A stretch of 64,000 bases of DNA from Rebecca billardiae RCC1528 (lineage: Eukaryota > Protista > Haptophyta). Both the position numbers and the translations under genes were made by a program. The notes beneath the pieces were generated by a model, which had not been told where the DNA came from, did not search any database, and was given only the letters and a program-made list of their open reading frames with translations. The stretch spans positions 186,001 through 250,000 of the forward strand of contig OZ251222.1 in NCBI GenBank assembly GCA_965240325.2, in the 5' to 3' direction. Positions 56,762-64,000 of the stretch are shown here, one piece after another (the stretch's first letter is position 1; each line of letters starts with the position of its first letter).

Positions 56762-58153
56762 TCAATCCGCCTCATTAGCATCGGACCTCAACGCAGGCAC
56801 TGGCGGGAGATCGACGACCCGCGGCACCTGGTAGACGAGGTAGAGGATGAAACCGGCGACAATCATGCCGAGCACAAGGAAGCAGAAGCAGCAGACGAGC
56901 GCGACAGTTGCCTGCCCCAAGCCTCCGGTGACGACGCCCGTGAAGAAGCGTGCAACCTGCCGCGCCCAGATGCCGAGGCTCGGGCAGCAGGGTGGGCTGC
57001 CGCAGATAGCCAGGTTGCACCCCGGCACGCATGGGCACGAGCACTGGCAGCCAGGAAGGTGCGTACGGCGCTCAACAGGGCCCCGGAACGCCACGTGCAA
57101 ATATCCCACGTTGCTGCCGAGCTCGTACGCCGAGATCGAGGGGAAGACGAGGTGGCGCGGGAGTGGCAGCGCTGGGGCGGGTAGCCAGAATTGCCCGACG
57201 ACCGGGTCGTTCTCTCTCGGCTCGGCATGCTGCGCGAGCATCAGCCGCACCTTCACAGGCTCGTCGGACGCGTAGGGCAGCGGCCCTGAAGACCAGTCAA
57301 ACTGGGGCGTGCGTGTCTCGTACTCGACGTGCGTGTATCGCTTCTCGGTGCCGTGCTCGACGATCACGTAGGTCGATGGTGGCAGCCCGAACGGCGCGTC
57401 CTGCGCCACGGACGCGGACATCTCGGCCATCTCAACGAAGACCAGCATCGAGATCGACTTGGAATAGTAGCGGCCGCTGAGGTACAGGTCAGCCTCGCGG
57501 TTGAGCGCGACGTCGAGCGTGCGCTCCATGAAGCCCACGCCGAGGGATTTCGCCTCCTGCCGCATCACATCCTGCACGGTGACGATGCGCTCGAGCGGGG
57601 CGAGGGCGTGGCTGTCGGGCTTGATCTGCCGTCCCTTCATGTAGAAGATGGGCCGCGCCTCGCGCACCTCCGTGTGCTGCGGGTTGACAAAGTCGCGCGC
57701 GTCGCGGCGCACGAGCGCTTCGGCGAGGATCTTGCGATATGCGACGTTCGCCTTCAGCACATCGACAAGCGTTGGCTCAGGCTCTTGCGCCGTGTCGGCA
57801 TCGCCAGCAGCGCCCGGCTGGCCACGGCTGCGGCGCGCTGTCGGCTTGGGATAGATACGCATGAGTGGCGAGACCGACGTCAGGAGCACCTGCGGGTGAA
57901 TCGGCTCGTGGCCGTCGTATACGTTGACCCGCACCCTCACCGTCTCGTACACCGCTGGGACGCGCGGATGGACGGCATTGGCAGCTCGAGAGCCGATGCG
58001 CTCATCCGGCGTCAGGACGACGTCGGCGGTGCGCAGGGCGCGCTCCAACTTCCGCCCGTCGCGCGCGTTTCGATCGGCGGCAAGGTGGCCCAGTCGCTGC
58101 CGAGTAGGCTGTCGAGGCGCCTCGTCGAAGCCCGTGACGATCACGTTGGCCAT
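56762..58153 (-). CDS. C2-domain protein with a Cys-rich linker and C-terminal membrane anchor
   Basis: STYVIVEHGTEKRYTHVEYETRTPQFDW...VKVRLM...NDPVVG...GYLHVAF is C2-like; hydrophobic C-terminal helix. Confidence 0.7.
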   Translation of the reverse strand: MANVIVTGFDEAPRQPTRQRLGHLAADRNARDGRKLERALRTADVVLTPDERIGSRAANAVHPRVPAVYETVRVRVNVYDGHEPIHPQVLLTSVSPLMRIYPKPTARRSRGQPGAAGDADTAQEPEPTLVDVLKANVAYRKILAEALVRRDARDFVNPQHTEVREARPIFYMKGRQIKPDSHALAPLERIVTVQDVMRQEAKSLGVGFMERTLDVALNREADLYLSGRYYSKSISMLVFVEMAEMSASVAQDAPFGLPPSTYVIVEHGTEKRYTHVEYETRTPQFDWSSGPLPYASDEPVKVRLMLAQHAEPRENDPVVGQFWLPAPALPLPRHLVFPSISAYELGSNVGYLHVAFRGPVERRTHLPGCQCSCPCVPGCNLAICGSPPCCPSLGIWARQVARFFTGVVTGGLGQATVALVCCFCFLVLGMIVAGFILYLVYQVPRVVDLPPVPALRSDANEAD

Positions 58154-58375
58154 CGCGCGAGGCCCGGCGCGGTGTGCGCCCGTCGCGCCGCGCGGGCCGC
58201 GGCCGGGTCACGCCGGTTTCAATCAGTTTATTCAGTCGGCGTTCGACGACGAATTTTGAGCGCGCCTGCCGTTTTCGTCGCTTGTTCCGAATTTCCGGTT
58301 GCTGTTGATCAGGAATGTTGATGAGCTGGTCAGCAGCGGGGCGCGCGGCGGACGTGACTCGTGTCGTGATCGAGG

Positions 58376-59098
58376 ATGGCCGGCGCTGCGATCGTGCTCG
58401 TCGGTGTGGCGGCTGTGGCGGCAGCCGGTGGAGCATGCAAGCTTTCCGCTGACTTTGCGTACGACGACATTGATGCAGGTGTTGGTGCCTGTGCGGACGC
58501 CGCTGGCTCCTCGTGGTCGAGCGCCGCGGAGCCGGCGCTCCCTTTTGGAAAACGCTGCGAGCTCCACGCGCTCAAGTACTCGCCGAATTGCACGTGGATG
58601 CACGAGGAGACCCGCGCAATCGGCTGCCCGTGTGGTGCGCTGGACGGGCTCAAGGTCAAGTACGGCCGATCGAACCGGAATGATCTCGACACGTACGACG
58701 TCAAGCTGCGCTGCGCACGCACGTGGGGCAAGTGGGCCGGGCTCAAGTTTGTGCACCGCGACCAGCTCACCGCGGACTCGGCGACATGCCCCGACGGAGA
58801 GTCCGTCACGGGCGTCGAGGTGACGTACTCGCGGTACGAGCGGAAGGACCTCGACTTGTACGACTTCAGGCTCAAGTGCGGCGGCACGTGGCTCGACCAC
58901 CCGCTTGAGCTGCACCCCCACCGGCCAGGCACGCAGCCGAACAACTGCACGACTGCACGGCTCGAGTGCCCGGTCGGCGAGGGCGCTTGCGGGCTTGAGG
59001 TGGCGCGCGCACGGCAGGAGGACGGCGATGTCGACGAGCTCGACGTACGCTTGCGCTGCGCGGCGCGCTTCTGCCCGGGGCCTGCCGCCAATGCTTGA
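58376..59098 (+). CDS. Secreted Cys-rich protein with a threefold internal repeat (beta-prism/VMO-I-like)
   Basis: Signal peptide; three CP.G...G..V...R....D.D..D..L.C repeats. Confidence 0.7.
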   Translation: MAGAAIVLVGVAAVAAAGGACKLSADFAYDDIDAGVGACADAAGSSWSSAAEPALPFGKRCELHALKYSPNCTWMHEETRAIGCPCGALDGLKVKYGRSNRNDLDTYDVKLRCARTWGKWAGLKFVHRDQLTADSATCPDGESVTGVEVTYSRYERKDLDLYDFRLKCGGTWLDHPLELHPHRPGTQPNNCTTARLECPVGEGACGLEVARARQEDGDVDELDVRLRCAARFCPGPAANA

Positions 59099-59714
59099 CA
59101 CCGCGCTGAGCCGAGTGGCCGGCGCGCCGTAGTACACGGTACTGACTGACTACTGACTGACGTCGTAGCTAGTGAGTAGTGTCTAGTAGTTCAGAATGAT
59201 AACTCCGAAGATAGTTACTGCTGCATGTAAGTGAACCGCTAGGCGCTACGTCGCAGTGAGTAAGTCGTAGTTATTATCACAGCGCAGGATCGCCCGCCAG
59301 CCACGACCGTAAGCTAATTCGGCGAACCCATTAAAAAAATCGATAACCGCCGAGTGGCCCCCCCTCGCCGGCAGTTGGACGCGGCCGGCGGACGGCCGGA
59401 GTCGAGTTGATCGTGAGCGTCGCGATGTCGTCGAAATCGCCCATCGCGCGACGAACGTCGCCAGCTGGCGTCGGCCTGGGACCGAGCGGCTTGGCTGGGC
59501 CGCGATGGTGCGTGCGCTTCAGCTGTGCAATACAGTTCCCCGCATTTGCGGCGCGGCGCAGGAATCGCTCCGCCGCATCCATCGTCCACCTGCACCCCGT
59601 TTGCACGCGCGGCCATGATTTGAACATTCGCGCGCGCGGAGGCGGGGATAGCGCCGAGCCCCTTGGAGATGCGGGTCTGGCGAATAAGTGGCGATGGGCG
59701 GGATCGGAGTGTAG

Positions 59715-60879
59715 ATGCCCAAAATGCGCATCACGTATCCTGCATCTGACGCGTTCACCATGCACGCGCGCCCTTTCTGCTGCTCGCCTGCATGTGGCCG
59801 CATCTGCCCGCCGCCGCGGATCGCCGCGCGCGCAGACACTTGGCGTGAAAGAAGGGCGGGGAGAAGGACGTGCGAGGTCTAATGCCGCATACGAAGGGCC
59901 CCTCGATGCATTTTCACCGGTACACCAACCAGATCACACAGCAGAGCGTGCTCGCGCGGCAGAAGCGCACTGTTTGTGGAGCTCGCGCGAGGCGGTCGAG
60001 GCGGCATGGCAGGCGATGTGTGGGTCTGGTAGCGCTCTGGCGACGGCGATGAACGCGTTGCACGTCGCGCTCCTCGCTATCTGCATGTCCGCGTGCAGCG
60101 CCGCCCTCTTCGTCGCGCAGGTGCGCAAGATTCATGAGCGGCTGCGGCGTGACTCGGCGACGTGACCGGCAGGGGCCGCAAGCGGCTTGACTGCTGCGTT
60201 CCTGCGCGAGGCACTGTGTGCGCCCGAGTTCGTCGCGCTCGGCGGTATGGAGGTGGTGGAGCAGAACGTCCGCTCGGTGTGCACCGTCGCCTGCAGTACC
60301 GTTCCTGGGAACCCAGCCTTCCTCGGCCTCGACGCACGCGGCGAGGCGTGCCGAACAGACTTGGTCTGCTCGTTCAGCGCGGTCATCTCGCTCAAGTTCA
60401 TGCACAACGGCGAGGTCGTACTTGCTCTCGTCAACCTCACCACGGCCGTGTCCGAGCCCAACGTGCAGCCCGTGACGACCGTTGCCGCTCGGCGGGACGG
60501 TCCGGCATCCCGTGTCACAGCTCAGCCGCTCTGTGCCCGGACCGCGCGGGCCGCGCGGCTCGCCGCCGTTGAAGCTCCGCCGCCGCCGCAGCAGCCAGCG
60601 CAGCAGTCGGCGGTGCGACGGCTGCCGCCGCTGCCGCCGGCGCCGCGGCTCGCTCGCTGCACGAGACAGACAGAAGTCGGCGCGCGCCACCAGTCGTCGC
60701 AGCGGTCCGTACCGGCGCGATCCTCGCGTGAGGCCATCATGAGAGCTGACGGGGACTCTCACTCGCCGCCGGGTCAACTGGCAGCGGCCGCGGCCGCGGC
60801 AGGGCGGGTCACCGGTGGCGCGGGTGCCAGTAGCTACCGCCCGGGTGCCAGTAGCTACTGGCACCCGGGGCCTAGCTAG
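59715..60879 (+). other. Possible fragmented or spliced gene of unknown function
   Basis: Protein-like stretches in different frames (e.g. 60187-60500 FLREALCAPEFVALGGMEVVEQNV...). No consistent model was built. Confidence 0.3.
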
Positions 60880-63701
60880 TATCTATAGTATAGCTACTGG
60901 CACCCGCGCGCCCGGGCCCGGCCGCGGCGTCACGCAGTCAGCACGGCTCAGCACACTACCGGTTACTCCGCGCGCGGCGGACCGGTCCGTGGACGTCAAG
61001 TTTCTGCCGGACTACGCGGCTGACCGCCCGATCGGCCGGCCCCGCGGCGGAGGCGGCCGCGGGCGCGGAGGCTGACCGGAGGCGCGGAGCGGGTCGGGCG
61101 CAGCTGACTCAGCAGCCTCCGCGATGACTCTCACGACGTACGGTCCTACTGGTCGATAACACGACGACTCTAACTTGGTCAGGCGACTGCTACCCGTGAG
61201 CCGCGCCGGCCCGGGCCGCGCCGGCGCGCCGCCGGGGCCCGGGCGCGGCTGCTGCCACGAGTCACGACTCAGCGCCGGACGATGACCGGGACCGGGACTC
61301 AGTCCGACAGCTGCGTGGCAGGCCGTGACCGACGTGAACGGTGAATCCGACTCCGAGCTTTGAAGCACTTCATCACTGCTCGTCCGACTGGATGGCGCGG
61401 CTGCTCGCTGCTCGTGCGCCGCACCGCCGCCACCGCCTCCGCCGCGCTCTCGTGCGCGGAGGCTTGGCGCCAAGTTCTTCGCGCGCGAGCTCGAGCTTGC
61501 ACGCGCCTGGGACGCGCGCCCGCACGCCGCACGTGTCACCTCGTGCGCAGTAGCCAGGTCCGCTTCGAGCCGCCCAAGCTCCTCCGCGCCTTCCTCGCGC
61601 GCGGCAGCGCGCTCGGCCACGTGCGCGCGCGCCTCACGCCGAGAAGCAGCGGCAAGCGCGAACGCAGCGGTTTGCCGAGCAGGCTTGCTCGCGGCGGCAT
61701 CGGCCGAGGCTGCGCGCCACTTGGCCTCGGCCACGCCGAGCAGCACCCTAAGTGCAGCCATCGTCTCGGCGGCCGCCGCCGTCCGTTCGGCTGCTGCAGC
61801 GCGCTCCGCGTGCAGCTGCTTCTCGAGTCTCGGCACGGCGCTCAGCTCGCAGCTCTTGCGCACGTTCGCCTCCGACAGTTCGGCAACGTGGATCGCGAGC
61901 AGGTCGGCGCTGCCGTCCACGGCAGCAATGCTTGCCGCCGAGAGCTGCGTGCCGTGCGGCGGGCGCCGCGGCGCGGACGTGCGGGCGGCGGGCGATGAGC
62001 AATGGGCCGGGCCAGCGATCGGCGTCTCGTCGACGAGTGCGGGCAGCTGGTGGCGAGCTCCGGCTTGCACGGGCAGCAGGGAGGTGGAAGGGTGAGGGCA
62101 GCGGGCAGTCGGCACGGCCAGGCGGCGGTAGTGACACGACGGCGGTCAACACGGAGGGGTCGAGCCGCGGGCACGTGGTCTCGGCAGCTGCCGCGCGGGC
62201 AGCTGGGTCATGCGGGGCGGCGCTGCAGGTTGCACCCGCCGTGTGAGGCGTCGAGCCGCATCCGCTCTGAGGGCTCGATCTGGGCGGCGGACACGAACGC
62301 CGTAAGCGGCGTGCTGCAGGCGGGGCCGCGAGAGGCGGGGCCGCAACAACTTCCGCCGTTATCGCCGGGCGGCGACGCCTAGTCGCCGCCCTCCTCGCGC
62401 GCCATCGCAGTGATCTGACCCCACACGCCTGGCATCATCGCCTCGGAGAAGTGCCGCTGCCGCGCAGCTCCAAACTCGAGCGGCGTGCGTGCTCGGAGCA
62501 GCAGCCGGCTGCGGATCAGGCTTCAGTCGAATGCATACGCACCTGTGGCTGCCGTGCATGGCCTCCTCACCGAGGAAGAAGGGTGTTCTGTGGCCATCCA
62601 TAAAAAAAGGTGCGCACTGGCGCCCGAGCCGCCCGCGCGGCACGCGACCTCAACTGCACCTGTTCCGATCTCGAGCTGTGGGCAGGGCGGGGTGTCTTGG
62701 ATCGATGGGGAGACGCTCGGGGAAATTCGTCGGGGTAGTCTGGGACTGCGCGCGCACGCTCCCCGCCCTTCAGCGCGCCGCGCGTCGCCATGCTGAATTT
62801 CCGCGAGCGGGCGGGTGCAGGGGGGGCCCGTAACGACATCTTTTCCGAAATCTTGCGCTGTGTTACTCATCACTTAATTACTGCTGCTGCTGACGATATT
62901 AGTGCGCCGAATTTGAGTATTCCGTGTCACGGCGTCGTGATGACTAGTATATACTCTCGACGACAGTGCGTCATCATTAACAGCAGCCGGCTGCTACGCA
63001 TGCTCACGGGCCGCTGGCAGCACGCCAGCACTCGGTCCGTCCGCCGACCCGCGTCGGCGGACTCAGACGCGGTGACGTGGCCGCACGGTCGCGGCGTATG
63101 ACGCGGGCACGGGGCAGCGCTCGGTCAGTATCGATATCTGATACTACGGATACCACCCGTCCCAGCCCCATACGTCAAGGCTCGAGTCGAGTCCGTGGTA
63201 TTGAAAAATACCCGCAACTAGTCGTGCGTGGCGGCCATCATGTCTAATAGTCCGGGCGCTCATGACATTCCATGGAATGTCATGAGCCCGCTGAGCCGAA
63301 GACGGGCTCACGTGCGCAGGGTTCACTCACTGGGACGCGGGTGGCCTGACGGACGACACTCTGAGCAGCCTGACGGCTCGGGCTTGCCGGCGCGTTGCAT
63401 ACCACGTTGTTAAATGTATACCGACCGTTTGCCGCCCGGCCGTGACGGCGTGACGCGGCAGCGCGAAGCGCCGCGCGCGCGCGCACTCTAAGTTATTACT
63501 CTAAGACGACCCGAAGACACGAACTTTGGGTCGCCCGCCACGTGCGAGCGGTCCGGTCCGACCAAGCCTGTGCTGCCTTCGAGCGGCGGCGCCCACATGC
63601 GTGCTGCTCCAAGGCGCGAAGAAGGCGATGCGGACAGTGGAGGACGGCGCTCGGGGCAAAGTGGGGCGCACTGCCTATGCGCAGCGGGTCTGTCTGCTAG
63701 C

Positions 63702-64000
63702 TTACTGCGGCGAGCGCCGGCCGAGCGACAGCAAGACGTGCACGAACTGCGCCGCCATAGCGGTGAGCACGAGCCAAAAGAGGGAGACCGGCTGTCGAAG
63801 CAGCTTGCTGGGCTCGCTGGCAAGCATGCGCATCGCCGACGCACGAGACTGGGCTTTCGCACACGCGCCCACCGACGCGCGAGCGTCGGCGACCACAGCG
63901 CGCACGTCCACGTGCTCTCGGAAGAGGGTGCGGACGTGCTCGACGGCCGCCGCGTCGGAGTCGGCCATCGGGTCGACGCGCAGCACGTGGCCTTCCGGAT
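63702..64000 (-). CDS. 3' end of a gene that runs off the window; C-terminal hydrophobic helix
   Basis: The frame is open to the window edge with GC3-rich codons and ends ...SLFWLVLTAMAAQFVHVLLSLGRRSPQ*. Confidence 0.5.
   Translation of the reverse strand, partial: PEGHVLRVDPMADSDAAAVEHVRTLFREHVDVRAVVADARASVGACAKAQSRASAMRMLASEPSKLLRQPVSLFWLVLTAMAAQFVHVLLSLGRRSPQ

Noticed and set aside
61012-62400. Ala-rich coiled-coil-like minus-strand ORF
   Set aside because: No ATG-anchored model or family motif; it may be a gene remnant but cannot be supported.

Overview
Very GC-rich eukaryotic nuclear DNA with short spliceosomal GT-AG introns (GTGCGC/GTACGC donors, GCAG acceptors) and AT-rich intergenic gaps. 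This is consistent with a complex-plastid alga such as a haptophyte (inference). About 18 protein genes can be supported, many in tight head-to-head pairs. The highlight is a 4-exon, ~1120-aa histidine-kinase rhodopsin (41925-45916, minus strand) that the ORF track splits into pieces. It comprises a microbial rhodopsin with the retinal Lys, a phytochrome-type PAS domain, HisKA, HATPase, a receiver and a helical tail, with no cyclase. Other genes include SSADH, a DDT/WHIM1 protein, an NSUN3/4-like methyltransferase, HVA22/REEP, a plant NSR-like RRM protein, a CCR4-type EEP enzyme, an ENT-like transporter, a one-LRR-per-exon secreted protein ending in KAEL, and an SDR. About a third of the window is non-autonomous mobile DNA. 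A 17.3-kb CACGTG-bounded block holds 220-bp palindromic satellites, a TIR element inserted without a target-site duplication, and a 10.3-kb foldback. Elsewhere lie a 2.3-kb foldback with a 9-bp TSD, an 858-bp MITE whose empty site is present in the adjacent duplicate, and a 1.9-kb TIR element. No transposase ORF was recognised. All calls come from manual reading; no database searches were run.
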